From contig JANOQI010000031.1 of NCBI GenBank assembly GCA_031414775.1, positions 95,693-159,692 on the forward strand: a stretch of DNA of 64,000 nt, read 5' to 3'. The notes below the pieces were generated by a model. That model was given only the letters and a program-made list of their open reading frames with translations, ran no database searches and was not told the DNA's origin. The DNA comes from Synechococcales cyanobacterium VAR_4_metabat_354 (GTDB lineage Bacteria; Cyanobacteriota; Cyanobacteriia; Cyanobacteriales; Chamaesiphonaceae). Made by a program: the position numbers and the translations under genes. Within the stretch, counting starts at the first letter, position 1. Every line of letters starts with the position of its first letter. This document shows positions 1 to 9,647 of this stretch, one piece after another.

Positions 1-204
1 ATTGGCTACAACGCCGCGACTAACGAATATGTCAACATGCTGGAAGCTGGTATCGTTGACCCTGCGAAAGTGACTCGTTCGGCCTTGCAAAATGCTGCTT
101 CGATCGCAGCGATGGTTTTAACTACCGAATGTATCGTAGTTGATAAGCCTGAGCCTAAAGATGGTGCTCCCGCTGGTGGCGGTGGCGGCGACTTCGATTA
201 CTAA
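1..204 (+). CDS. groEL: Chaperonin GroEL, C-terminal fragment (5' end outside window)
   Basis: Frame 1 reads [67 protein letters not shown]. This contains the GroEL '[15 protein letters not shown]' motif and the cyanobacterial GroEL1-type GGDFDY tail. Not in the ORF track. Confidence 0.97.
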   Translation: MGYNAATNEYVNMLEAGIVDPAKVTRSALQNAASIAAMVLTTECIVVDKPEPKDGAPAGGGGGDFDY

Positions 205-233
205 AAAATCTTAGTTTTAATTTACCTAATTCG

Positions 234-258
234 CCCTAAATTCCTCAGGAATTTAGGG
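234..258. terminator. Inverted repeat/putative terminator between convergent groEL and GST genes
   Basis: CCCTAAATTCCT-C-AGGAATTTAGGG, a perfect 12-bp inverted repeat followed by TTCTTT. It overlaps the stop codon of the convergent gene. Confidence 0.6.
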
Positions 259-1263
259 TTCTTTGCTATTTGCTAACAAGAACCTATCGTGCGGCTGCCA
301 TAAATTATTAGCAGTAAGACCGGTGGGAATAATCCCCCCTGGATTCAGTGGAAATAAATTGCCATAATAGTCGCGTTTGACACTTTCAACATCACAGGTC
401 TCCGCTATCCCTGGCAGTTGATAAATATCCCGCAGATAAGAGCCTAAGTACTGATAATCTTGAATACGCTGCTGGTTACATTTAAACAAGCCATGGTAGG
501 CCAAATCGAAGCGAAACAAGGTAGTAAATAGTCGAACATCAGCTAACGTCAAAAGATCGCCGCAGAGATAGCGGTTGTTCGCCAGTACCAAATCGAGTTC
601 CTCTAGCACTGTAAATAAATCTTGGCTAGCCACATCGTAAGCCGTTTGGGTCTGGGCAAAGCCACAGCGATACACTCCATTATTGACAGCATGATAGATT
701 TTCTCATTCCATCGATCGATCTCCGTCCTCAATAGCTGGGGGTATAAATCCACGCCAGGATGCTGGGCAAATTCATTAAATTCAGCATTGAGCATTACAA
801 TGATTTCGGCGCTCTCATTGTTCACAATTGTTTTAGTCTGTTTGTCCCACAAAACGGGAATAGTACAGCGACCACTATAACCGGGTTGAGATAAGTTGTA
901 TAACTCGCGCAAAGTCTGACAACCTTCTTCGCTTTCCTCAAAAATCCAACCACCAGCTTCCGGAGAAGGCAAAGCGATCGATACTGATATCACACTTTCT
1001 AATCCTTTCAGTACCCGCACCGCTAAAGTTCGATGCGCCCAAGGGCAACTCATTCCCACATAGAGATGATAACGCTGGGTTGCTGATTGGTAGGTGCTAT
1101 CTGGTTTAGTACTAATTTCGCTATGAAAGGAGCTAGTTGGACGTTGATAGGCTCCTGTTCGATCGCGCGGTGCCAGGTTAGACATCATGATTTGCCAGAG
1201 CGTTGTCCAGACAAACTTACCGAGTATGATGATTAAATTGGGCGGCAGTGACTTTCCTTTCAT
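253..1263 (-). CDS. Glutathionyl-hydroquinone reductase (omega/Xi-class GST, YqjG/ECM4 family)
   Basis: CPWAHR active site, TIPVLWD, IVNNESAEII and NNGVYRCGFA motifs. Confidence 0.93.
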   Translation of the reverse strand: MKGKSLPPNLIIILGKFVWTTLWQIMMSNLAPRDRTGAYQRPTSSFHSEISTKPDSTYQSATQRYHLYVGMSCPWAHRTLAVRVLKGLESVISVSIALPSPEAGGWIFEESEEGCQTLRELYNLSQPGYSGRCTIPVLWDKQTKTIVNNESAEIIVMLNAEFNEFAQHPGVDLYPQLLRTEIDRWNEKIYHAVNNGVYRCGFAQTQTAYDVASQDLFTVLEELDLVLANNRYLCGDLLTLADVRLFTTLFRFDLAYHGLFKCNQQRIQDYQYLGSYLRDIYQLPGIAETCDVESVKRDYYGNLFPLNPGGIIPTGLTANNLWQPHDRFLLANSKEP

Positions 1264-1371
1264 GAAGCTTCTGGGGTTCCTGATTTTTTTCAGCTTAACG
1301 AAATCTCGTCAAAACAGCTGGTTGGCAATAATCGAGAGGTCTGGAAAGATGCTGAAAAGTTATTTTCGGCA

Positions 1372-2382
1372 TTAATTAAGCGGCAACGACAAGCCCAAAG
1401 CCGCTTTAACATCCGCTAAAGTCTGGTTCGCCACAACTTCCGCTTGCTCCTGACCCTGCCGTAACACCGACTCCAAATAAGACCTGTCGGATACCACTTC
1501 TTGATACTTAGCCTGAATCGGCGCGAGATGAGTAATCATCGCCTCTGCCAACAGCGGTTTAAACTGACCCCAACCCATCTCTCGACATTCTGCTGCTACT
1601 GCTTCCTTTGTTTGACCGCTGACGATCGCATACAATGACAACAAATTACGACACTCCGGTCGATTCACATCATCAAAATTCAGACCGCGTTCTGGATCGG
1701 TTTTACACTTTTTGATTTTTTGCTGAATCAACTGCGGTGGATCCAACAGATTAATCCGGCTCAAATCTGAGGGGTCAGACTTCGACATCTTTTTAGTGCC
1801 ATCGGTCAAGCTCATTACCCGTGCTCCCTCTGCCAAAATTAACGGCTCTGGCAACTTTAATACTGGTTTCTCCGCAGCATAGAGATGATTAAACCGACCC
1901 GCAATATCCCGTGTCAGCTCTAGATGCTGCTTTTGATCTTCGCCTACCGGCACCCGATCGGTTTGATACAGCAAAATATCCGCTGCCATCAACACCGGAT
2001 AATCCAGCAGCCCCACCCCGACGTTATCCCCTTGCTTAATGGCCTTTTCCTTGAACTGGATCATCCCTTCCAGCCAGTTTAAAGGCGTAATACAGTTAAA
2101 CAACCAAGTCAGCTCGGTATGCGCCCGCACATGGGATTGAATAAAAATATTGGCATGGCTGAGATCGATACCACAGGCTAAATAGAGAGCGGCGACTGTG
2201 TAACTATTAGCTGCTAGTTTCTGGGGGTTATGGGGTACAGTAATGGCGTGTAAATCTACTACACAAAAGAAATTTTCATAGTCGGCTTGATTGACTACCC
2301 AGTTGCGGATGGCACCCAAATAGTTGCCTAAATGTAGATTGCCCGTAGGCTGCACACCCGAAAGAACACGCTGTTTAGCCAT
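1372..2382 (-). CDS. trpS: Tryptophan--tRNA ligase
   Basis: SGVQPTGNLHLGNYLG (HIGH-type), VPVGEDQKQHLE and KMSKS motifs. Confidence 0.98.
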   Translation of the reverse strand: MAKQRVLSGVQPTGNLHLGNYLGAIRNWVVNQADYENFFCVVDLHAITVPHNPQKLAANSYTVAALYLACGIDLSHANIFIQSHVRAHTELTWLFNCITPLNWLEGMIQFKEKAIKQGDNVGVGLLDYPVLMAADILLYQTDRVPVGEDQKQHLELTRDIAGRFNHLYAAEKPVLKLPEPLILAEGARVMSLTDGTKKMSKSDPSDLSRINLLDPPQLIQQKIKKCKTDPERGLNFDDVNRPECRNLLSLYAIVSGQTKEAVAAECREMGWGQFKPLLAEAMITHLAPIQAKYQEVVSDRSYLESVLRQGQEQAEVVANQTLADVKAALGLSLPLN

Positions 2383-2424
2383 AAAAATAGTTTTGAATAT
2401 TAGCCAATGAAATTTCTAGAAATA

Positions 2425-2522
2425 GACCTGGGCTGGATGACCGGAGCCGGACTATGCTGTTTATCTAAGACGCTCGAATACAATTGCAGGTTAAAGCAAT
2501 TGCCGACACCCTAGCCTGGGTC
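2425..2522 (-). promoter_or_regulatory. Putative structured leader RNA upstream of trpS (unassigned)
   Basis: The ends GACCCAGGCTAGGGTGTCGG / CCGGTCATCCAGCCCAGGTC form a long imperfect stem that encloses the hairpin CAATTGC-N8-GCAATTG. An extended -10 (TGGTATAAT, minus strand, 2535-2543) lies just upstream. Confidence 0.4.
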
Positions 2523-2604
2523 GATAAGTGGCCAATTATACCAAGATTGAACGCGATATTTCACTGGAAAACATGATTTGTTGCAGAATAGTTTCCGATC
2601 TCTA

Positions 2605-4014
2605 TCATCCGCCAGTTCGTAATTTCTCCACCAAATCATAAAAAGGTTGCCAGTTATCTTCTTGATCGATCGAATCCCAAACCGACTCAATCACTGGTCT
2701 TAGTGGCACAGTTACTGGATTCCAACGAGTTAGTAGCTTGCCCACCGTCGCCAGCTGCTCTGGTGGCAAATTAGTGATGGCTTGATGATATTGTTGTCGC
2801 CATTGACTTAGTAATGCCGCACTAGTATTTTCTGGCAACCAATTGGTGGTCAAAATCTGGTTGAGATCCTGCTGCCAGTTATCTTGCCACTGCTGTGCCA
2901 GCTTCGCAAAAAAATCGTGATAACCCACCTGCGATTGGTAAAGTAGTTCGATTGTGGCATTCAATAAATCTTCAGGAGGGTGAGTAAGACCTAGCTTGCG
3001 CCCTAGTAATTTTTGATAACTATGCTTGTAGTGGTTAGCAAATTCTGCCAGTGCTGTTACCATCTCTGCCGGTTTTAGAACTGCGGCCAAGGGCTTTTGT
3101 AATAATTCTAAGTTGAGCTGACAAATCCCCGGTTGGTTCGCATAGCTATAGCGACCAGAGTGGTCGAAGTAAGCTGCGGTAAAATCTGGCAAGTAGGAAG
3201 GAATAAAAGCAAAAGGGCCATAGTCAAAACTCTCGCCAGTAATCGACATATTATCGGTGTTTAAAACAGCGTGACAAAAACCAGAGACCATCCATTGAGC
3301 CACTAACTCGGCTACGCGCTGCACCAGCTCCCGGTAAAACAAGATATATCTGTCGGCTTGATTTAAGAGATGCGGGTAATAATATTGGATGACATGATCC
3401 AGCAATTTCTGAATGAGGTCAGGTCGCTGCAGATAATGTAACCGCTCAAAAGTTCCAAACCGGATGTGCGATCGACTGAACCTGACCATCACCGCAGACC
3501 GTGTGGGCGATGGCTCATCCCCCCGCCACAGCTCCAGACCCGTTTCAATCATGCTCAAACAACGCGAGGTTTTTACTCCCATCCGGTGCAGAGCTTCAGC
3601 GGCAATCACCTCCCGTATTCCCCCCTTTAGTGTCAACATCCCATCACCGCCCCGGGAATAGGGCGTACGGCCAGAACCTTTAGTACCAAAATCGTATAAC
3701 TCACCATCAGTACCGCGTACTTGGCCATAGAGAAAACCCCGGCCATCACCCAATCCGGGGTTATATTGACCAAACTGGTAGCCATGGTAGCGTAGCGCCA
3801 TTAGAGGATGAGCATGGCGCACAAACTGACCAAAAGCTTCGGCAAAATCTTGATCTTGCACGGCGTTAGGTTCTAAGCCCAACTGAGTTAAGATGTCATC
3901 ATTGCGCCAGCGCAAGGTATATTGCGGGAAATCAGCAGCGGCCACATCATCGTAGTAGTCGGTGCCCAAGGTTTCGATCGCTGGTTCGTATTGAAGATTT
4001 AGGAAGGGATTCAT
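2605..4014 (-). CDS. selO: Protein adenylyltransferase SelO/YdiU family
   Basis: [52 protein letters not shown] and FDYGP motifs. Confidence 0.93.
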   Translation of the reverse strand: MNPFLNLQYEPAIETLGTDYYDDVAAADFPQYTLRWRNDDILTQLGLEPNAVQDQDFAEAFGQFVRHAHPLMALRYHGYQFGQYNPGLGDGRGFLYGQVRGTDGELYDFGTKGSGRTPYSRGGDGMLTLKGGIREVIAAEALHRMGVKTSRCLSMIETGLELWRGDEPSPTRSAVMVRFSRSHIRFGTFERLHYLQRPDLIQKLLDHVIQYYYPHLLNQADRYILFYRELVQRVAELVAQWMVSGFCHAVLNTDNMSITGESFDYGPFAFIPSYLPDFTAAYFDHSGRYSYANQPGICQLNLELLQKPLAAVLKPAEMVTALAEFANHYKHSYQKLLGRKLGLTHPPEDLLNATIELLYQSQVGYHDFFAKLAQQWQDNWQQDLNQILTTNWLPENTSAALLSQWRQQYHQAITNLPPEQLATVGKLLTRWNPVTVPLRPVIESVWDSIDQEDNWQPFYDLVEKLRTGG

Positions 4015-4021
4015 CTGGATT

Positions 4022-4282
4022 ATGACTGACTCGTTAATGTTTCAAGAAGATGAATACGTGATGCTTACCCCTGGACAGCCAGAGGAAATTCTGACTGCTG
4101 CTGAAATGTTAGCAAAACTAGAGTCTACCTTAGCGGCAACCTCAGTAGATTTGCCGATCGATGTCTCCATCAAAACCTCGATCGCGGCTCAAGCCGCCTA
4201 TTTGTTAGTCAACTATTGCGAGCTGGACTTAGATAATGGTCAGTATCTGCACTGGTACGCTGTGCGCTTAGAAAAGAATTAG
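4022..4282 (+). CDS. crr7: Chlororespiratory reduction protein 7 (CRR7, NDH-1 assembly)
   Basis: 86 aa; [14 protein letters not shown] start and CELDL...[11 protein letters not shown] end, typical of CRR7. Confidence 0.8.
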   Translation: MTDSLMFQEDEYVMLTPGQPEEILTAAEMLAKLESTLAATSVDLPIDVSIKTSIAAQAAYLLVNYCELDLDNGQYLHWYAVRLEKN

Positions 4283-4845
4283 GCAGTAGCGGCAACAGGA
4301 GCTACGACAATCAGGGCTAATTCCAACTCTTCTTCACCAGTAGACGTAATGGTGCTACGCACACCGGGTCCAAAAAATCTGGTGATTTTGTCCTGTTTTT
4401 CTTCCCAAGTAGCTAAGGAAATGAGCGGGGTATAAAATTCTAAAACGATAGTATAATTGCCATCGATCGATTCCTCACGTAATCCTTTCAAAATTGGCCG
4501 TTCCTCATCGGTGGGCGACATCCCCAATTTTTCTAAAGCCAAATCTAAATGTGCTTCCTCGCCATAACGGAATCTGGTGACATCTTGGCGGATCTGCTTT
4601 TGGGTAGGTGTTTCTTGGGCTTTCCGGAGTTTCATCATCTCTGGCTCTGGCTCAATGAAGGCCACTGGTTTTAGCTCGGAAGATTTTAGTGCTAATCCTC
4701 CTAAGAGCAACGGTACACCATAGAAGAATCCCACCAGGTTGAGAGTGGAGTTATCGACAGCATAAGCGCCAAACCCAATGAGAGTTAGTAAACCACCAAT
4801 ACTGATCAAGGTGGGGCCCAGCGGGATTCTTTGAATCAAAGACAT
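4279..4845 (-). CDS. DUF2854 family membrane protein
   Basis: Two N-terminal TM helices; GFFYGVPLLLGGLALKSSELKP, DVTRFRYG..AHLD and FFGPG motifs. Confidence 0.8.
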   Translation of the reverse strand: MSLIQRIPLGPTLISIGGLLTLIGFGAYAVDNSTLNLVGFFYGVPLLLGGLALKSSELKPVAFIEPEPEMMKLRKAQETPTQKQIRQDVTRFRYGEEAHLDLALEKLGMSPTDEERPILKGLREESIDGNYTIVLEFYTPLISLATWEEKQDKITRFFGPGVRSTITSTGEEELELALIVVAPVAATA

Positions 4846-5025
4846 AAGATTTAGGAATTTTTAATTAAGTACAAATATCTTTACATTATAGGGACGTAGT
4901 TGCTGATTTCACTAACCCCAAGATGGGATGATCCGACTTCGATTAGTGATATCGCCTACTTCTGCCGACTGACTTCCGACCAGCAGTGCGCCTAAGCTAG
5001 CAGCAATTGAACATCTCAGGTTCCT

Positions 5026-5946
5026 ATGCTGCAACTTAACTCCCGTTCCGTCATTCGCCAACGATTACAACGAGCAATCTCTGACTATCTAAGTCTTGAA
5101 CAACTCAACCATAGCTTGGCCGAATTACCTGCTCAGTTCCAGCAACCTACCACTCGACCCTGGCGCAAGATTGACTGGCGATCGATCGACATCAGTCAAA
5201 TTCATGGCATCGAAGTCGAAGTTTTCCTCGCCGTCTTGCAAGGCTCGATGGATACCGAAGCGCCGATTCGGGGCTATACCCAAGTTAGCCGTCAATACCT
5301 AGAAAACCTATATCCGCAGATGGCCACCTATGTTGGGGGGAATTTCAACGACCAAGGTTGTCTCACTGAGCCGGGACTCTGGGAAAAAGAAGAACGCCAG
5401 CATACTCCCGCCTTGATCAAAATCTATCGCCAACTAGCTTGCCACCCACCAGTGATTGATCCCCATACTGTGCGGGATTATCAACCGACCGATGACCGCC
5501 ATCACGATTTATTCAAACATGGTCTGCACCGCACTGCTACGGAATTTGCCGCTGGCTGTCTTTACCTGTGGTTAATGGCACATACCACTGGTTCCTTACA
5601 CCAGGTGCTCCAAGAAATTGCCCAAGATGAAATCAACCATGCTACTAGGTTCTGGGGCTTTGGGGTGTGGGCTTACCCCGCAGCTTCCTGGCGCTCACTA
5701 GCCATCACACTAGTCAAAACAGCTAACCGCCAGCTGACTTACAGTTCCAGCAAAAGCAGCCTGCTGGGCACAATTCAGCGGATGACTAATGTGATGGGCT
5801 GGCCGCAGTGGACTTGGTACAACCGTGCCAGCTTTATATGGGTCTCCCTCCAAGCCTTGTGGCAAATGGTGCGCTGGAGTCGCCAGCTCGATCGACAGCA
5901 ACTTAATCACTTGTTTGGTGAGCCACCAGCAACTACTACTTCATAA
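5026..5946 (+). CDS. Ferritin-like (diiron) domain protein
   Basis: Two ExxH motifs (EERQH, DEINH) with helical-bundle spacing. Confidence 0.7.
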   Translation: MLQLNSRSVIRQRLQRAISDYLSLEQLNHSLAELPAQFQQPTTRPWRKIDWRSIDISQIHGIEVEVFLAVLQGSMDTEAPIRGYTQVSRQYLENLYPQMATYVGGNFNDQGCLTEPGLWEKEERQHTPALIKIYRQLACHPPVIDPHTVRDYQPTDDRHHDLFKHGLHRTATEFAAGCLYLWLMAHTTGSLHQVLQEIAQDEINHATRFWGFGVWAYPAASWRSLAITLVKTANRQLTYSSSKSSLLGTIQRMTNVMGWPQWTWYNRASFIWVSLQALWQMVRWSRQLDRQQLNHLFGEPPATTTS

Positions 5947-6005
5947 CTACCAAAAGACTACAAATATAGATATGATAGAATCCTTGGCCATAAATCTAGA
6001 GATTA

Positions 6006-6587
6006 ATGATGTCAAAATTTTATTCAGAATTAACCGACGAGCTAATTAAATTCATCGAGCAGCAACAAATTTTCTTTACAGCCAGTGCGCCCCCAGAAGG
6101 CCGCATCAACCTTTCGCCGAAAGGGATGGATACTTTCCGGTGCCTGAGCCGTACCCAGGTGGCTTACCTGGATCTCACCGGCAGTGGTAACGAAACCGCT
6201 GCTCACCTGCGCGAAAATAGCCGAATGACCATCATGATGTGCAGTTTTAGCGATGAGCCATTAATTTTGCGCCTGTATGGTCAAGGTGAAGTGATTAGCC
6301 CCCTGCACAACTTGTGGGCAGATCTACTGGCTGAATTCCCGGAGATTCCTGGTCAACGGCAAATTATGATGATGTCGATCGAATCGGTGCAGACATCCTG
6401 TGGTTATGCCGTGCCCACCTGTACCGGAATAACTGAGCGTCCGAAGCTCCAGCAATGGGCAGCGCGTAAAGGTGTTGATGGTGTTAATAAATATTGGCAA
6501 CAGAAGAACCGCCGCAGTATTGATGGTTTAGATACTGGCATTACTGCCCAAATCCAGGCTTTCCCCACCGTCCCAACCGAGATTTAA
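6006..6587 (+). CDS. Pyridoxamine 5'-phosphate oxidase-like FMN-binding protein
   Basis: FFTASAP..GRINLSPKG, YLDLTGSGNETAAHL and SCGYAVP motifs. Confidence 0.85.
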   Translation: MMSKFYSELTDELIKFIEQQQIFFTASAPPEGRINLSPKGMDTFRCLSRTQVAYLDLTGSGNETAAHLRENSRMTIMMCSFSDEPLILRLYGQGEVISPLHNLWADLLAEFPEIPGQRQIMMMSIESVQTSCGYAVPTCTGITERPKLQQWAARKGVDGVNKYWQQKNRRSIDGLDTGITAQIQAFPTVPTEI

Positions 6588-6713
6588 GATCTTCATGATT
6601 TTGAATAAAATCTAATGAAATCCTGGTGATTTTTGTCAAGATAGAATAATCATTCTATAATTTTTACCAATTTGGACGGCTAAGAATATCTATTTGCTAG
6701 TTTTGTTAAGGTT

Positions 6714-8204
6714 ATGGGAAAAAAAATTCTGAGAGCAGTCATCTTAGCTGTGATGACAATCTGTTTAGTTGTATCGGTGCCGGTGTCAGCAAAAAAAACG
6801 CTGTCAGGGACTTCTCTCCCCAATAACTACCAAACAGAAGGTGAACCACGCCCCACAGTTACCAAAATACGTAGCAGTGTTTCCTGCTTGGGTACCGCTC
6901 CTAATAATACTCTACTACTTGATAATAACGATGAGCAAGCTATTCAGGGTGCTGGAAGCTATTTGGACTGTGCGATCGCCAAGGCTACTGGCACAATGGA
7001 TCAGCCCATTGCGCGGCAGTTGTCTGATGCTCTAGCTACTGAGAAGCCAGTGGTGACTGTTGTTCCCAGTCCGGTAGCGATGATTGCTCCAGCTAATGTA
7101 GAAGTGGCTGAGGTGCTAGCCAATAATACTGTGGCTAGAATTGGTCCGAGCAGTAATTATAGTCGCGCCACACCTTTACTTAAGGGCATCAAAGCAGTTG
7201 TTGTCGGTCGGAAAGAGGGTGATAATAATGGTAAAAATAGCAGCTGGATACAGCTAGACTATGGTGGTTGGGTGAATGTTAGTGACCTGAAAGTAACAAC
7301 TGGTAACGTTCCAAAATCAGTAGTGAAAAATATCCGCAGTCAAAATCGGAATGGTAACACCGATGTATTTTTTACTTTGCAAGTACCGGTGCCCTTGGTC
7401 ATTGAGCAGACCGAAAAAACTCTGAAACTTACTCTCTACAACACCACTGCCTCAAGTAATATGGTGAAACTGATGAGTAATCCGCTGATCGATCGAGTGG
7501 AATCAAAATCCGTTGCTCCTAGTCAGGTGGAATATACTTTTATCTATAAGTCTCGTCAGCAGTGGGGCTACAAATATCGCTATGATGGCAACAATTTAGT
7601 GCTGTCCTTACGTCATCCGCCCACAATTGCGAAGCAGAGCAATAAACCGTTGATCGGAGTGAAGATTCTCCTCGATCCCGGACATGGTGGAGCAGATTCG
7701 GGGGCGTTAAGTGCTACCGGTTATACCGAGAAAGAGGCTAACCTTTTTGCGGCCAAACTTTTGGCTAATGAGCTATTTGCTAAAGGTGCCACAGTCTATC
7801 TCACCAGAGAAACTGACAAAGCAGTTTCTTTAGATGAGCGGCGTACCATTGTCGAACAGCTGGAACCAACTATTTCTCTCTCGGTTCACTACAATTCTTC
7901 CCCTGAGGATGTGGAACCATCTAAAGCCGAAGGATTCTCCGTTTTTTGGTACCATTCTCAGGCGCAGGGCTTGGCTAATTTTTTACACACCTACGCTACT
8001 CAGTATGCCGATCGTCCTCAGTATGGCGTGATTTGGGATAACCTAGCTTTGGCGCGACCAGCAGCAGCTCCATCGGTGCTGTTAGAGTTAGGCTTCATGA
8101 GCAACCCGAAAGAATTGCAATGGATTAGTAATCCTCAAGCCCAACAGCAAATGGCTAAGACTTTAGCCAGCGGCATTACCCAGTGGTTTATGACTGCTAC
8201 CTAA
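6714..8204 (+). CDS. N-acetylmuramoyl-L-alanine amidase (Amidase_3) with signal peptide
   Basis: Signal peptide; ILLDPGHGG, EKEANL, SLSVHYN and VLLELGFMSNP zinc-amidase motifs. Confidence 0.9.
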   Translation: MGKKILRAVILAVMTICLVVSVPVSAKKTLSGTSLPNNYQTEGEPRPTVTKIRSSVSCLGTAPNNTLLLDNNDEQAIQGAGSYLDCAIAKATGTMDQPIARQLSDALATEKPVVTVVPSPVAMIAPANVEVAEVLANNTVARIGPSSNYSRATPLLKGIKAVVVGRKEGDNNGKNSSWIQLDYGGWVNVSDLKVTTGNVPKSVVKNIRSQNRNGNTDVFFTLQVPVPLVIEQTEKTLKLTLYNTTASSNMVKLMSNPLIDRVESKSVAPSQVEYTFIYKSRQQWGYKYRYDGNNLVLSLRHPPTIAKQSNKPLIGVKILLDPGHGGADSGALSATGYTEKEANLFAAKLLANELFAKGATVYLTRETDKAVSLDERRTIVEQLEPTISLSVHYNSSPEDVEPSKAEGFSVFWYHSQAQGLANFLHTYATQYADRPQYGVIWDNLALARPAAAPSVLLELGFMSNPKELQWISNPQAQQQMAKTLASGITQWFMTAT

Positions 8205-8215
8205 CTCAACTACTT

Positions 8216-8833
8216 ATGTCTAATGAAACTTCGCTGAATTCTACTCAATATCAACAAAAAATGCAGCGCCGCCAAGAGGTGCAGGCTACGCGGATTGCTA
8301 ACTCTATTTCGGAAAAAGGTCTAATTATTGTCAATACCGGGAATGGCAAAGGTAAGACCACCGCTGCCTTGGGGATGGTGATGCGTTCCCTGGGGCATGG
8401 CTATCGAGTGGCGATTATTCAGTACATTAAGGGCGCTTGGGAACCAGCTGAAAAAGCAGTGCTCTCCAAATTTTCTGGTCAGCTAGAATTCCATGCGATG
8501 GGCGAGGGCTTTACCTGGGATACGCAAGACCGCGATCGAGATATTCAGATGGCCAAGTTAGCTTGGGAGAAATCTCTGAGCTATATATTGGATGCGTCTT
8601 ATCGCTTGATATTACTGGATGAAATCAATGTGGCTCTGAAGCTGGGATATTTAGACCCCGAAGAAATATTAGCTGGCTTAGAGCAAAAGCCAGCTAATAC
8701 ACACGTGATTCTTACTGGTCGAGGCGTACCAGCGGCCATCATCGATCGAGCTGACCTAGTAACCGAAATGAATCCGATTAAGCACCCTTTTCGGGAGCAA
8801 GGCGTCAAAGCCCAACCCGGCATCGAATTTTAA
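8216..8833 (+). CDS. cobO: Cob(I)yrinic acid a,c-diamide adenosyltransferase
   Basis: TGNGKGKTTAALG P-loop, MGEGFTW, LLDEIN, HVILTGR and ADLVTEM..IKHPF motifs. Start moved to ATG 8216 to avoid overlap with the amidase gene. Confidence 0.95.
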   Translation: MSNETSLNSTQYQQKMQRRQEVQATRIANSISEKGLIIVNTGNGKGKTTAALGMVMRSLGHGYRVAIIQYIKGAWEPAEKAVLSKFSGQLEFHAMGEGFTWDTQDRDRDIQMAKLAWEKSLSYILDASYRLILLDEINVALKLGYLDPEEILAGLEQKPANTHVILTGRGVPAAIIDRADLVTEMNPIKHPFREQGVKAQPGIEF

Positions 8834-8846
8834 TTAAGTATTTTCT

Positions 8847-9470
8847 CTAGCCGCGCAGCGCAGACTGCCAGCGGCTACTCTTATACATACTACGACAGGA
8901 GTTTAGTAGTTTGAGTTCTGTTTTGCCAATCTTTTTAACTGCTTTGTACTCAGCACTGCTGGTTTTCGTATAACCAGTCTCTAAATTTACGGCGTAAGGA
9001 TGAGCTGCATTAGAGTCACCGTCAACAACCATCATATTCAGCTGGCTGGAGCGCAGCCTGCCGTGAAAGCAACTGAATTCAGAATTTGCTAAAAAGACTG
9101 CTCCGAAGACCCTGCCACTTTTGTTCTCAAAGACTACATATTCACTATTCCGTCTACCTGGTTGATTGCTTTCGCCGTAGAGATAAGTTCCATTTGCGAT
9201 CAATCGACTGTTGCTGTTGGTAGCGATTACTTTCTTTTTACCCACCAAGGATGATGAACGTTTAGTGTTACCGGTACTGAGTCCCACAGCATTATCGCGA
9301 CTGTTGGCGGCGATCGTTTTCCTCTTCCCGACCAAGGATGATGCCTGGTTCGTGGCGCTGATTCCTCCAGCATGGACTGGAATTGCCGTCAAAGCGGTAC
9401 CTACCATAATTGCAGCCAAACAGATTTTGCTAGCAGAAAAACAAAATTTGACCAATCGATGAACCGACAT
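8847..9470 (-). CDS. Secreted cyanobacterial hypothetical protein
   Basis: Signal-peptide-like N-terminus; G.YLYGES..P....EYVVF..SEFSCF.G core; internal 14-aa duplication. Confidence 0.7.
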   Translation of the reverse strand: MSVHRLVKFCFSASKICLAAIMVGTALTAIPVHAGGISATNQASSLVGKRKTIAANSRDNAVGLSTGNTKRSSSLVGKKKVIATNSNSRLIANGTYLYGESNQPGRRNSEYVVFENKSGRVFGAVFLANSEFSCFHGRLRSSQLNMMVVDGDSNAAHPYAVNLETGYTKTSSAEYKAVKKIGKTELKLLNSCRSMYKSSRWQSALRG

Positions 9471-9647
9471 ATTCTTTAACCCTAGGGAAAATCGCGAGGT
9501 GGAGATTTGAGGAAAATGGATTACTCCAGTTTGCTCTTACAGCTTGTATATACTGTTATAACCAAATTTGCGTACGATCAATCGAATTTTCAGCCATAAG
9601 ACATATAAAGTATTGATGAATGGTTAACAGATAGATGGATACTTAGT

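Noticed and set aside
2500..2522. GCCGAC...GCCTGGG resembles the 3' part of a ZMP/ZTP riboswitch
   Set aside because: The spacing is wrong, the 5' GACTGGCG element is absent, and no plus-strand gene lies downstream.
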